From contig JBEPZU010000003.1 in NCBI GenBank assembly GCA_041640715.1, positions 12,826 through 76,825 on the forward strand: a DNA stretch of 64,000 nt. Reading direction: 5' to 3'. The notes below the pieces were generated by a model that saw only the letters and a program-made list of their open reading frames with translations, was not told the DNA's origin and did no database searches. Positions 9,485 to 19,293 of this stretch are shown in pieces (the stretch's first letter is position 1; every line of letters begins with the position of its first letter). The DNA is from Thermoproteota archaeon. GTDB lineage: Archaea > Thermoproteota > Thermoprotei > Gearchaeales > Gearchaeaceae. A program made the position numbers and the translations under genes.

Positions 9485-10274
9485 AGGCTTCCCCTCTTAG
9501 GATATACGCTACAGGTCCTTTCATGAATACTGTGTCATCATCATTAATCCTTATGAACAGACTTCCTCCTGGAAGTTTGACTTCCACTTCATTTGAGCAA
9601 AAACCTAGCTTATAGGCTACGAAAGAAGTGGCGCATGCTCCTGAGCCGCACGCTAAGGTTATCCCAACTCCTCTTTCCCAAACATTCAAGGAGATTTTAC
9701 CCTTGTTTTCTATTAAAGCGAATTCTACGTTAGTTCTATTAGGGAATTCTTCATGTTTTTCTATCAAACCTCCATATTCTCTCAGAAGCTTCTTCGCTTT
9801 TTCTTCATCTTCGAAGAAAACTATGAAATGCGGATTGCCTATGTTAGCGAAAATCCCTGAGAATTTCGCATCTTTAACCTTGATTTCCTTATTCTCTATA
9901 ATCTCGGCCTTACCCATGTTGACTCCTATCAGATCGTTTTCTATGAATACCTTTACCTTCTTAGCATTAGGCCCAACTTCTATTTCTTCTATTTCGCCTA
10001 TCAAAGATTTATCGAATAAATACTTCGCTATCATCCTTATTCCGTTACCGCACATTTCTGCTTCGCTACCATCAGGATTGAATATCCTCATCCTGAACCT
10101 TGTATCCTTGCCTTTGTTTATTACCAAAAGTCCATCCGAGCCTATTCCAAAGTTCTTGTCAGATAATCTAATTGCTAAGTCACTATAAACTGAGTTCAGT
10201 TCAGAATCTAGATCCTCGATTATTATGTAACTATTGCCCAAAGCGTGCATTTTGGTTATTTTTAGCTTCATCAT
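9456..10274 (-). CDS. dapF: Diaminopimelate epimerase.
   Basis: 272 aa. Motifs MHALGNSYIII, CGNGIR and CGSGACA include the two catalytic Cys. Confidence 0.9.
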   Translation of the reverse strand: MMKLKITKMHALGNSYIIIEDLDSELNSVYSDLAIRLSDKNFGIGSDGLLVINKGKDTRFRMRIFNPDGSEAEMCGNGIRMIAKYLFDKSLIGEIEEIEVGPNAKKVKVFIENDLIGVNMGKAEIIENKEIKVKDAKFSGIFANIGNPHFIVFFEDEEKAKKLLREYGGLIEKHEEFPNRTNVEFALIENKGKISLNVWERGVGITLACGSGACATSFVAYKLGFCSNEVEVKLPGGSLFIRINDDDTVFMKGPVAYILRGEAYVVGNKRTS

Positions 10275-11446
10275 AGGTTTTCCTCTATTATTTGGGAGGC
10301 CAAAGATATTTCCTCATCGCTAGCTGTTAAAGAGAATCTGATGAACTCATCAGCTTCATCCTTTCCTTCTTTTAACACTAAATATTTACCAGGTGTTGCG
10401 TTAATCCCTCTTTTTCTTTGTTCATCTATTTCGAGCAATCTCTTCGCGAAAGATACCGAATCTTGACCTATTTTAGTCCAAACGTATATCGAGGAAAGAG
10501 AATATGTTTTGAATCCTTTCTTCTTCAAAACTTTGGTCAAGATTCTCCTCCTTCTGTTATAGATACTTCTATTCTCTTCTACATGATTCTCATCGAGCAA
10601 GGCATGAACAGCTGCTTCTTGTATGGGATTCGCGATGCCTGAATCCATTTGTGTCTTTAACGCTGCGAAATATCTGATGAGATTTTCACCGCCTACTACG
10701 AAGCCTATCCTCAAACCAGTAGTACCGCTTCTCTTAGATAATGAATGAAAGGCTACGACGTTATCCCATGACTTAGAAGCCTCCAATATCGAAGAAGGCC
10801 TTTCTTCATCATATATTTCTATGTAAGCTTCATCTGAAGCGATTATCACATCATGATCACTAGCTAGGTCTATAAGTTTAGAATAGAATTCCTTCTTAGC
10901 TATAACAGTGGTAGGGTTGTTTGGGTAATTAATCCACATTAACTTTGGTTTGAATTTGTTGAATAATTCTTCTATATTTTCCAGCTCAGGCAAAAAGCCA
11001 TTCTTTTCTTTCAAATCATAATAGATTGGCTTACCTCCTGCAAACATCACGCCTGCTTTATAAGGCGGGTATCCTATAGAAGGCACTAATGCATAATCTC
11101 CTGGGTTTAGAAAAGCCATTGGGAAGTGAAATATCGCCTCCTTAGAACCGTTTGTGATGACTACTTGGTCGTCAGCATTTATTTCCAATCCAAACCTCTT
11201 TTTAAACCATTCACTCACCGCATTTCTGAGCTCTTTTATTCCTAGATACGGAGGGTATCCTGTATTCTTATATTTTTCAGCACCTATCTTTAATCCTTCT
11301 ACAGCTCCTTCATACAAATTTTTAGGATCTCCTACGCCTAGATCTATTACTCTAAATCCCTTCTTTACTGCATCGTTTTTCGCTTTGTCTACTTCTGCTA
11401 AGGAATAACTTAGGAAATTCTTTAAAACGTCGCTAGGTTCTATCAT
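10271..11446 (-). CDS. dapL: Class I/II aminotransferase, probably LL-diaminopimelate aminotransferase (DapL).
   Basis: 391 aa. SLSKRSGTTGLRIGFV matches the DapL SFSK-x-GFTG-x-R-x-G lysine motif. It sits between asd and dapF with 4-nt overlaps. Confidence 0.6.
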   Translation of the reverse strand: MIEPSDVLKNFLSYSLAEVDKAKNDAVKKGFRVIDLGVGDPKNLYEGAVEGLKIGAEKYKNTGYPPYLGIKELRNAVSEWFKKRFGLEINADDQVVITNGSKEAIFHFPMAFLNPGDYALVPSIGYPPYKAGVMFAGGKPIYYDLKEKNGFLPELENIEELFNKFKPKLMWINYPNNPTTVIAKKEFYSKLIDLASDHDVIIASDEAYIEIYDEERPSSILEASKSWDNVVAFHSLSKRSGTTGLRIGFVVGGENLIRYFAALKTQMDSGIANPIQEAAVHALLDENHVEENRSIYNRRRRILTKVLKKKGFKTYSLSSIYVWTKIGQDSVSFAKRLLEIDEQRKRGINATPGKYLVLKEGKDEADEFIRFSLTASDEEISLASQIIEENL

Positions 11447-12489
11447 AGATAACCTTTAGCCTTGAGAAATTCTCCTATCAAAATAGCTCCACCAGCTCCT
11501 CCCCTTATAGTATTGTTTCCCAATAAGACGAATTTGTAATCCAAGATATTGCATTTCCTTATTCTACCGACCACACTGGTCATACCATTTCCTATATCTC
11601 TATCTAGCTTTGGCTGCGGTCTATCTTCCTCGTTTCGTACAACTACTGGCTTGGCGTAAGAAGGTAGATTAAGCTTCCTTAGCGGATCGAAATCTTCTAA
11701 GCATCCTTTTAGTTCATCAATTTCAGGCTTTTCCTCAGTTTCTATTGAAACGACTTCCATATGTCCATCGCTTACGAATACTCTATTACAGCTTGCACTC
11801 ACTTTAATATCTGCCATCTTTATTCTATCTCCTTCTAGTTTACCTAAAATCTTCAAACTCTCCTTCTCTATCTTTTCTTCTTCTAAGGCTATGTAGGGTA
11901 TTATGTTATCTACTATATCTAGAGAAGCTACGCCAGGATATCCTGCACCGCTAAGGGCCTGCATGGTAACCACCATTACTCTTTTCAATTTGAACTTGTC
12001 ATGAACAGGCTTTAATGCCAAGCATAAATGTGTTGTAGAACAATTAGGATGAGTTATAATGAACCCTTTAAACCCTCTTCTCTTCTTTTGGACTTCTATC
12101 AAAGCGAGACTATCAAGATTTATTTCAGGTATTAACAAGGGGACGTCTTCATCCAATCTGTGATTCCTAGCGTTACTTATAACTATATAACCTTCTCTTG
12201 CGAATTCCTCTTCTATAGGTCCAGCTATGCTTGCATCTAATGCTGAAAAAACGATCTTGCAATTTAAGTTAGGAACACATTCCTTGACTTTAATTTCCTC
12301 GATTTCTTTGGGCATTTCATAAGATAACTTCCACTTTCCTTTCACAGCTTCTTTATAGCTTTTACCTGCTGACTTCTCAGAAGCCGCTAGTTCAGTTATC
12401 TGGAACCAAGGATGATTGGATAATAATCTAATGTATCTTTGTCCTACTATTCCCGTGGCTCCTAAAATACCAACAGGTATCCTATCCAT
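11443..12489 (-). CDS. asd: Aspartate-semialdehyde dehydrogenase.
   Basis: VGILGATGIVGQRYIRLL is the NAD(P)-binding motif and HPNCSTT carries the active-site Cys. The listed ORF extends to 12552, but the likely start is MDRIPVGILG at 12489, which overlaps the lysC stop by 8 nt. Confidence 0.85.
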   Translation of the reverse strand: MDRIPVGILGATGIVGQRYIRLLSNHPWFQITELAASEKSAGKSYKEAVKGKWKLSYEMPKEIEEIKVKECVPNLNCKIVFSALDASIAGPIEEEFAREGYIVISNARNHRLDEDVPLLIPEINLDSLALIEVQKKRRGFKGFIITHPNCSTTHLCLALKPVHDKFKLKRVMVVTMQALSGAGYPGVASLDIVDNIIPYIALEEEKIEKESLKILGKLEGDRIKMADIKVSASCNRVFVSDGHMEVVSIETEEKPEIDELKGCLEDFDPLRKLNLPSYAKPVVVRNEEDRPQPKLDRDIGNGMTSVVGRIRKCNILDYKFVLLGNNTIRGGAGGAILIGEFLKAKGYL

Positions 12490-13798
12490 TTTCAAAGAAC
12501 TCCTTATGTAATTCTCTAACGCAATGTTCAGCAACTTTTTCTTCCAAGGCAAAACCTAGGCTTATTTCAGAAGCACCTGCGGATATCATTTCAGCACTTA
12601 TACCTTCTCTTTCTAATACATTGAAAGTCCTCTCGATCACTTTAGGATTCTTAGTTACACCTCGTCCTACTAAAGCTAAGGTAGCCCTAGAATCCAATAT
12701 ATCTACTTTAGCTATTTTGCTCAATTCTTCATAGAGTTCTTCCTTGTAAAATTTCTCTTCAATTGTCAAGGAGACGTTTATCTCAGAAGTAGCTAGCATA
12801 TCTACAGGTATTTGGAGTTCATTGAAAATTGTGAACACCTTATGCAAAAAACCATGGACCATGAACATCTTGGGCGATTGTATATTTATTACTTTCATCC
12901 TGCTTTTTTTGACAACGGATATTACTTCGCCATATCTATTCACCTCTTCTTTTATTAAGGTACCCTTGAATTTGAGGTTAAAAGTATTCAAAACCCTTAC
13001 AGGTATCTCTTTGCTCTTCACGGGTATTATTGTTTTAGGGTGCAGAACTTTAGAGCCTAGGAAAGCAAGCTCGCTTGCCTCATCGTAATCAACTTCATCT
13101 AAGCTCCTAGCCTTTGGGCATAACTTAGGATCTGCAGTCATTATGCCATCCACATCTGTCCATATCTGGACTTCTTCTGCATTTACAGCCGAGCCTATTA
13201 TCGTAGCAGTATAATCGCTTCCTCCTCTGCCTAGCGTAGTTATTTTACCCTTTTTATCTTTAGCTATAAAGCCTGTAACTATGGGCAAAACATCAACCTT
13301 AGAGAAGAAATTAGCTAGATTCGAATATGATTCTTCTAGGACTTCCGCGTTACCGAAGTTAGAATTGGTTATTAAACCTATATCATAGCTGTTGAAAGCT
13401 TTGGCTTTTATTCCTCTATCATTGAAATAATTTGCTATTATCTTAGCGGAGAGCCTTTCCCCAAAGGACATCACCAAATCCAAGGTCTTAGCGTTTAGTT
13501 CTTTTAAGTAGGATATGCCTTTTAATACAATTTCAAGTTCCTCTAGTTCCTCTTTGATGATGTTTGGATTAAGACCTAATTCTGAAATTACGCTTTCATG
13601 TCTTTCTCTTATGGATGAACTATTGTAATTTCCTGAAGAGGCTTCTAAGGCTAGTCTTATCAAAGAGTCTGTAACACCATTCAAGGCTGATACTACGATT
13701 ATGAGTTTTTTGTGAAGTCTTTCCTTTACTATTTCAAAGAGCGTTTCTATTCTTTCTGCGCTACCTACCGAAGTTCCTCCAAATTTCATCACGATCAT
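12482..13798 (-). CDS. lysC: Aspartate kinase.
   Basis: 438 aa. MIVMKFGGTSVGSAERIE is the aspartokinase N-terminus. A C-terminal ACT-like regulatory region follows. Confidence 0.9.
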   Translation of the reverse strand: MIVMKFGGTSVGSAERIETLFEIVKERLHKKLIIVVSALNGVTDSLIRLALEASSGNYNSSSIRERHESVISELGLNPNIIKEELEELEIVLKGISYLKELNAKTLDLVMSFGERLSAKIIANYFNDRGIKAKAFNSYDIGLITNSNFGNAEVLEESYSNLANFFSKVDVLPIVTGFIAKDKKGKITTLGRGGSDYTATIIGSAVNAEEVQIWTDVDGIMTADPKLCPKARSLDEVDYDEASELAFLGSKVLHPKTIIPVKSKEIPVRVLNTFNLKFKGTLIKEEVNRYGEVISVVKKSRMKVINIQSPKMFMVHGFLHKVFTIFNELQIPVDMLATSEINVSLTIEEKFYKEELYEELSKIAKVDILDSRATLALVGRGVTKNPKVIERTFNVLEREGISAEMISAGASEISLGFALEEKVAEHCVRELHKEFFENG

Positions 13799-14544
13799 TT
13801 TAAGAAGATATCTCTGAATAGATCTCTGAACGAATAGAATCCTTTCTTATCTTTTATCCATTCAGCAGCTAAAATCGCACCCAAAGCAAAGCCTTTTCTA
13901 TTTTTCGCTTCATGCTTTAATTCTATGCTGTCATATTCGCTATCAAACCCAACGATATGCAATCCTGTTATGAAACCAGCTCTGAAACTAACTACATGTA
14001 GTTCTTCCTTCTCTATTCTCCTGTTTATCGTTTCGAATAAAAGTTTCTCCTTCCTTTTAACATTATTCAATATGATTTCCCCTATCGTTTTAGCAGTACC
14101 TGAAGGAGAATCTACCTTTTGTCTATGATGACCCTCGAGAATGTATATGTCATACCAATCAGCCTTGTCCATAAGTTTAGCAGTTTGCTCTATTAAGTAG
14201 AAGAATATGTTAACACCTATCGAGAAATTTGGGCTATATATAAATCCTATTTCGTTTTCTTCTATTATTCTTTTAGCTTTTTCTAATTCTTCATACCATC
14301 CTGTGGTTCCTACCACGATGTTTTTCTTCAACGAAGCTACTCTTTCTATGTTCCCTAAAACAGCTTTAGGGGATGTGAAGTCTATAGCTACGTCTACCTC
14401 CTTCATGGAATCCTCGTCTATGGATCTATGGGTTGCTTCAGGATCCGTCGGATCTATTATAGATGATACAATTATGCCCTTTTCCCTTGATACTTCATGG
14501 ACTGCTCTTCCCATTTTACCATAGCCTATTATCGCTATCCTCAT
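13795..14544 (-). CDS. dapB: 4-hydroxy-tetrahydrodipicolinate reductase.
   Basis: 249 aa. MRIAIIGYGKMGRAV, DVAIDFTSP and EGHHRQKVDSPSGTA are all present. Confidence 0.9.
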   Translation of the reverse strand: MRIAIIGYGKMGRAVHEVSREKGIIVSSIIDPTDPEATHRSIDEDSMKEVDVAIDFTSPKAVLGNIERVASLKKNIVVGTTGWYEELEKAKRIIEENEIGFIYSPNFSIGVNIFFYLIEQTAKLMDKADWYDIYILEGHHRQKVDSPSGTAKTIGEIILNNVKRKEKLLFETINRRIEKEELHVVSFRAGFITGLHIVGFDSEYDSIELKHEAKNRKGFALGAILAAEWIKDKKGFYSFRDLFRDIFLK

Positions 14545-15434
14545 TTCTTAGAAGGCAGATATTCCTCGTAAAGAGCCAACGTCTTCTTAACCTTCTCTAA
14601 ATTACTAGGTTGCAGGTTAGTTAAAGGAAGCCTACAAGGTCCAGCTTTCATCCCTGCGAGATTCATCATTGCTTTTATAGGTATGGGATTTGTCTCTACG
14701 AAGGCTGCCTTGAATATGGGAAGTAGCTTGTAATGGATGGATCTGGCTTTTTCGAAATCTCCCTTCAATGCACTTTCTACCAGTTCTACCACCAATCTAG
14801 GAAGTAGATTGCTTATAACAGATATTACTCCTTTTCCTCCCAAAGCCATTATAGGCAAAGTCAAGTTATCATCGCCGCTTAGCAAGATTATCCTATCTCC
14901 TAAGGATTCGATGATGTCCATGACCTGAGCCATGTTTCCCGTCGACTCTTTGATTCCCACTATGTTTTTCAACAAAGAAAGCCTGACCAATGTTTGAACT
15001 TCTAAATTAACTGCAGTTCTACCTGGTATGTTGTAAATTATTATGGGTATGTTAACAGATTCGCTAATACTTTTGAAATGCTGATAAAGACCTTCTTGTG
15101 TAGGTTTATTGTAATAGGGTGCCACAATTAACAAAGCGTCAGCACCTAGATCTTCAGCCTGTTTGGATAATCTTATAGCTTCAAGAGTAGAATTCGTACC
15201 AGTACCGACTATTACGGGTAATTTGCCATTGGCTTCATCTATTACAGTTTTTATTATGTTGATTCTCTCGTTTTCCTTGATGACAGGGGATTCTCCTGTG
15301 GTACCTAAAGGAACTAGACCATGAACACCATTTTCTATTTGATATCTTATGTTCTCCCTAAGTCCTTCATAATCTACTTCATAATCCTCTCTGAATGGTG
15401 TTATTAGCGCTGTAATACAACCAACAAATCTATC
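14541..15434 (-). CDS. dapA: 4-hydroxy-tetrahydrodipicolinate synthase; the 5' end is unresolved.
   Basis: The open frame continues upstream of the listed TTG start and reads RFVGCITALITPFREDYEVDYEGLRENIRYQIENGVHGLVPLGTTGESP...LLIVAPYYNKPTQ, a classic DapA N-terminus. There is no ATG, GTG or TTG in frame before the conserved region. The only ATG, at 15450, is in another frame, so the start coordinate is approximate. Confidence 0.8.
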   Translation of the reverse strand, partial: DRFVGCITALITPFREDYEVDYEGLRENIRYQIENGVHGLVPLGTTGESPVIKENERINIIKTVIDEANGKLPVIVGTGTNSTLEAIRLSKQAEDLGADALLIVAPYYNKPTQEGLYQHFKSISESVNIPIIIYNIPGRTAVNLEVQTLVRLSLLKNIVGIKESTGNMAQVMDIIESLGDRIILLSGDDNLTLPIMALGGKGVISVISNLLPRLVVELVESALKGDFEKARSIHYKLLPIFKAAFVETNPIPIKAMMNLAGMKAGPCRLPLTNLQPSNLEKVKKTLALYEEYLPSKK

Positions 15435-15464
15435 TCTTTCCCCATTGCATTTCCCTATTATTTA

Positions 15465-16241
15465 CTAATATTTAAATCTTTCTGTGTGCTTAGATTGATT
15501 TTTGTGTTTGAAGAATTCTTCTATGTTAGAACGTACTTCCTTATCAATCATGGCTTTGGCGAATGCTAAATAAGCTTTATCGAATATCTCATCGAAATTT
15601 TTCAGCAATTCAATCTTCATTTCCTTGATCCTTTTCAACGCGTTAATGTTAAGCTTCTTTATTTTTTCTATGACATCCTTCAACATAGCCTCCAAATCCT
15701 TTGCTATAAAATCTATTAGTCCAAGTTCCTTTGCTTCTAGCGCTGTGATTCTATCAGCAAACAGTATGTATTTAAGCGCACTTCTGTCTAAGAACAATAA
15801 ATAAAGAGCAGAAAGCTCCGCAGGGAACAATCCTATTCTAGGTCCGCCTGAACTGAAGAAAGCTTCTTCGGATGCTATATTTATATCGGTGAATATGAGC
15901 ATTTCCATATGAGCTCCTATTGCATAACCTTCCACCATGGCTATCGTGATCTTATTAGTATAAGCCAATCTCTTGAAAAAGCTGCTTAGCGACTTTGAAT
16001 ATTCCATAGCCTTCTCCAAGGATTCGGAGGCACGATATATTTCTCTCAAATCAACCCCAGCTCCGAACTTCTTGTCTTCACCTCTGAACACTATTATGTT
16101 GATTTCATCATCTTTCTCCGTTTCATCTAACAAAGAGTTCAATTCTGTAAGCATTCTTAAAGAGAAAGCATTGTTGCTCTTTTTCTCTTTGAAAGTTATA
16201 TATGCGATTCCATCTTCTTTTTTATATTCCAAAGACTCCAT
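15465..16241 (-). CDS. Enoyl-CoA hydratase/isomerase (crotonase) family protein.
   Basis: 258 aa. The crotonase-fold oxyanion region GAGVDLREI is present. It is the first gene of the dap transcription unit. Confidence 0.7.
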   Translation of the reverse strand: MESLEYKKEDGIAYITFKEKKSNNAFSLRMLTELNSLLDETEKDDEINIIVFRGEDKKFGAGVDLREIYRASESLEKAMEYSKSLSSFFKRLAYTNKITIAMVEGYAIGAHMEMLIFTDINIASEEAFFSSGGPRIGLFPAELSALYLLFLDRSALKYILFADRITALEAKELGLIDFIAKDLEAMLKDVIEKIKKLNINALKRIKEMKIELLKNFDEIFDKAYLAFAKAMIDKEVRSNIEEFFKHKNQSKHTERFKY

Positions 16242-16316
16242 AAGATTAAATCACTCAGCTAATAGTTAACGATCTCCGCTTTAGAAGTATATAACTACGA
16301 AAGTATTATTGAATTC

Positions 16317-16670
16317 ATGGATAATGTGTTATTTCATTCGTTGTATACTTTATTCTTGATAATTATAACATGGTTTCTTATCTCAATTCCAGTTTGGGTA
16401 GCATCTAAGATCGTTTCAAGAAAAGGTTCTTTAGGGAGAGCTATGATAGCAACTCTAGTCTCAATTATAGTATTCCTAGTTTTGTTTGGTGTTTTGTCTC
16501 CGATAAATAAGATTTTTGCTTCTCTAATAGCTCTTATAGGAATATTAGCAGTCTATAAAAGCGTTTTTGAAGTAGGCTGGTTGGGTGCTTTTTTGATAAC
16601 GATAATTAGTTTCTTGATTTTAATTGCTATGAGTTTAATCGCAGGTCTTTCTCTATTATTATTTTTTTAG
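16317..16670 (+). CDS. Small hypothetical membrane protein (3-4 TM).
   Basis: 117 aa, almost entirely hydrophobic helices. Confidence 0.4.
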   Translation: MDNVLFHSLYTLFLIIITWFLISIPVWVASKIVSRKGSLGRAMIATLVSIIVFLVLFGVLSPINKIFASLIALIGILAVYKSVFEVGWLGAFLITIISFLILIAMSLIAGLSLLLFF

Positions 16671-16700
16671 AAAAACTGAAAATACTTTAGAATTTCTAAA

Positions 16701-17387
16701 TTATCTAGAATGGCTTAGGATTTCTTTTAGGAATTTGGGTTCAGGTTGGACTCCGAGCAGGGTTGTTTCATCATTTATAACTATAGTAGGAACAGCTTCT
16801 ACGCCATATTTTATAGCCTCTTCTTCTATCTCGCCGACATCTATTATCTCGCTTAATATCTTATCGCTTTCTATTGCAAAACTGTTCGAAGTTCTAGCTG
16901 CCAGCGGGCAATAAGGACAGCTTAGCGTTATGAGAACCTTGATATGCACTGGTTTGTTCAGATTACTCAAAGCTACCTTTGTTGTCTTGGACAGTTTAGT
17001 TTGCCCGTTAGCTAAGTTCTTTATTGTTTCTATGAAAACCGTGAACTCATAACCTCCAGGAATACCTACATATCTTATGTTCCTTTTGTTTTGTTTCTCT
17101 AATACTATTGTAGGGGCATACTTAACATCATATTCCTTAGCCTTTTCTGAATTTACTTTATAATATTCAACTTTGACTTTATCGACGTTTTTAGCTATTA
17201 GGTTCAAAATAACTTTTAGGTCTTCACAATAATGACAAAATCTAGGATCGTCTAAGAATGTAACGAGCTTTACCTCGTCTTGGAGATCTGCTAAATTCTT
17301 AACAACGTATTCCTTTATTTCTTCAAGTTCCTCTTCGCCCAAATGTGCGTGTTCATGTTCATGTGTTCCTTCATGTTCCTCTTCCAT
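16701..17387 (-). CDS. Protein disulfide oxidoreductase (PDO, glutaredoxin-like) with a His-rich N-terminus.
   Basis: 228 aa with two thioredoxin-like units. The active sites are CHYC and CPYC. The N-terminal tail is MEEEHEGTHEHEHAHLGEEE. Confidence 0.75.
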   Translation of the reverse strand: MEEEHEGTHEHEHAHLGEEELEEIKEYVVKNLADLQDEVKLVTFLDDPRFCHYCEDLKVILNLIAKNVDKVKVEYYKVNSEKAKEYDVKYAPTIVLEKQNKRNIRYVGIPGGYEFTVFIETIKNLANGQTKLSKTTKVALSNLNKPVHIKVLITLSCPYCPLAARTSNSFAIESDKILSEIIDVGEIEEEAIKYGVEAVPTIVINDETTLLGVQPEPKFLKEILSHSR

Positions 17388-17452
17388 AGAGAAACTTTAT
17401 TCTTTCAACTATATAAGCTGATAAAATAGAAGGGGTAAGTTTTGAATTGATA

Positions 17453-18421
17453 TCATATTAAAGAAGGTAAGAAGTAAGCTAGAACAAGACCTAGAATTAA
17501 CAATAATCCAAATTGTCTGTTGAGCCAAAATGCTAGAGCAACATACCATACATCCTTCCTGTTCTGTCTATAGAGCTTTATGAAAATATACAAGGAAGTT
17601 ATTGAGAAGAGAACCAAAAGCGTTGTATATGGAAGAATACCTAAGATCGCTAGGAATATTACAGAAAGGTATGCTGATATCGCTATTGCAATCGATACCT
17701 TCTTAGCAATATTTAAACCCAATATTACAGGTAAAGTTTTAACGTTTTTTGCTTTGTCGCTGTCTAGTTTATCTATGTGCTTTCCGAATAATATTAGCAT
17801 GACCATTAGAGCGTAGGGTATTGAAGCTAAAAATATCTTGTGATTTAAGTTGCCTGTTAAAACGAAATATGTGCCGCCAACCATTAAAGGACCCCAAACT
17901 ATGAAGGTAGATATTTCTCCTAACCCGTAATATTTCAATTTAGCCTTTTCTTGATAGAAGTAACCAAATAACACTCCTAAAGCGAAGAACAAGATGACCA
18001 AAGGTCCCCTAATGAAAGTCAAATATATTGCAATCAAAAAGGCTAGTAAGAAATGAATCATTATAATCCTCTTAAGTGTTCCTATGCTATACAAATTATC
18101 CAAGACAGGATGCAACAAATATTTCGCTCTAAAATAATCTTTAGTATCCAATCCTTTTTTGTAATCATAATAATCATTCATTAAATCAGCTCCGCTGTGC
18201 ATCAATAATAATCCTATAAGACAAAGTATGAAGTAAAGAAGATTGAAACTTCCATCCAATAAAGCTAGTAGGCCAGCTATTAAAACTGATATTACCGTGA
18301 TTATGTCTATCACAGCCCTACTAGCTGCCAAATATTTAGACACGGGATCCAGTTCCTCGACTTTATCTGTTATCTTACCTTTCCAAACTATGCTATACCA
18401 TCTTTTGATTATCTTTTGCAT
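17453..18421 (-). CDS. UbiA-family prenyltransferase, MenA-like.
   Basis: 322 aa polytopic. The first Asp-rich motif is NDYYDYKKGLD. It is a paralogue of 31302..32219: YYGLGEISTFIVWGPLM here versus YKGIGELVVFIGWGPLM there. Confidence 0.75.
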   Translation of the reverse strand: MQKIIKRWYSIVWKGKITDKVEELDPVSKYLAASRAVIDIITVISVLIAGLLALLDGSFNLLYFILCLIGLLLMHSGADLMNDYYDYKKGLDTKDYFRAKYLLHPVLDNLYSIGTLKRIIMIHFLLAFLIAIYLTFIRGPLVILFFALGVLFGYFYQEKAKLKYYGLGEISTFIVWGPLMVGGTYFVLTGNLNHKIFLASIPYALMVMLILFGKHIDKLDSDKAKNVKTLPVILGLNIAKKVSIAIAISAYLSVIFLAILGILPYTTLLVLFSITSLYIFIKLYRQNRKDVWYVALAFWLNRQFGLLLILGLVLAYFLPSLI

Positions 18422-18457
18422 TAATTAAATAATAAAGATGAAGGGGATAATAATTAT

Positions 18458-19165
18458 TTGATGAGCGAAGCGCTGTACATGAAAGATAGTTATTTGAGAG
18501 AGTTCGATGGAAAAGTAATAAACGTCGAAGAGAACTATGTCGAGTTAGATAAAACCGCATTTCACCCTACTAGCGGAGGAGTAGCTCATGATGTCGGAAA
18601 GCTTTTCACAAAGGAAAAGGTTTATGTGGTGAATTCAGTGGTTAAGAAGGATTCGAGAATACTCCATTTAGTGAATGAAAAAGGATTAGAGATAGGAGAT
18701 GAAGTCCATGGAGTAATAGATTGGGATAGAAGATATAGGCTTATGAGGATGCATACAGCCGCGCATTTGTTGAGTTCTCTTTTCTTCAATAAACTAGGAG
18801 CCAAGATAACCGGGAATCAAATAGATGTTGATAAATCAAGGATAGATTTTAGTCTTGAGACTTTCGATAGAGCATTGATAGAATCGGTTGTTGAAGAAGC
18901 TAATAGGTTGATAGAGAAAGATGCAAAGGTTAAGGTATATTTCCTTAAAAGAGAAGAGGCCTTGAAAATACCTGGTTTGGTTAAGTTAGCTGAAGCCCAT
19001 CCTCCTGATTTAGAGATATTAAGGATAGTGGAAATAGAAGGAATAGATATACAGGCAGATGGAGGTCCTCATGTAGCTAGTATAAAGGAAATAGGTAAGA
19101 TCATATTGCTCAAAATGGAGAATAAAGGTAAGAATAACAGGAGGATTTACTATACAGTAACTTAG
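18458..19165 (+). CDS. alaX: AlaX-M type alanyl-tRNA editing protein.
   Basis: 235 aa. Zinc-binding HTAAHLL (HxxxH) and C-terminal GGPHVASIKEIGKI match the AlaRS editing-domain family. Confidence 0.85.
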   Translation: MMSEALYMKDSYLREFDGKVINVEENYVELDKTAFHPTSGGVAHDVGKLFTKEKVYVVNSVVKKDSRILHLVNEKGLEIGDEVHGVIDWDRRYRLMRMHTAAHLLSSLFFNKLGAKITGNQIDVDKSRIDFSLETFDRALIESVVEEANRLIEKDAKVKVYFLKREEALKIPGLVKLAEAHPPDLEILRIVEIEGIDIQADGGPHVASIKEIGKIILLKMENKGKNNRRIYYTVT

Positions 19166-19293
19166 ACTACAATCTTTAAGCAGCTTGCAATCTTACTTTT
19201 GTTTTATTGTATTCAAATATGTCTAAAATTATTTTCAATTTCAATTAAAACTAGAAAGATTATTCTTAAAAAACTCTAGTTATCTTAAATAAT

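Noticed and set aside
12482-12552. 70-nt overlap between lysC and the listed asd start.
   Set aside because: Resolved by choosing the internal ATG at 12489 (MDRIPVGILGATG), which gives a typical 8-nt overlap.
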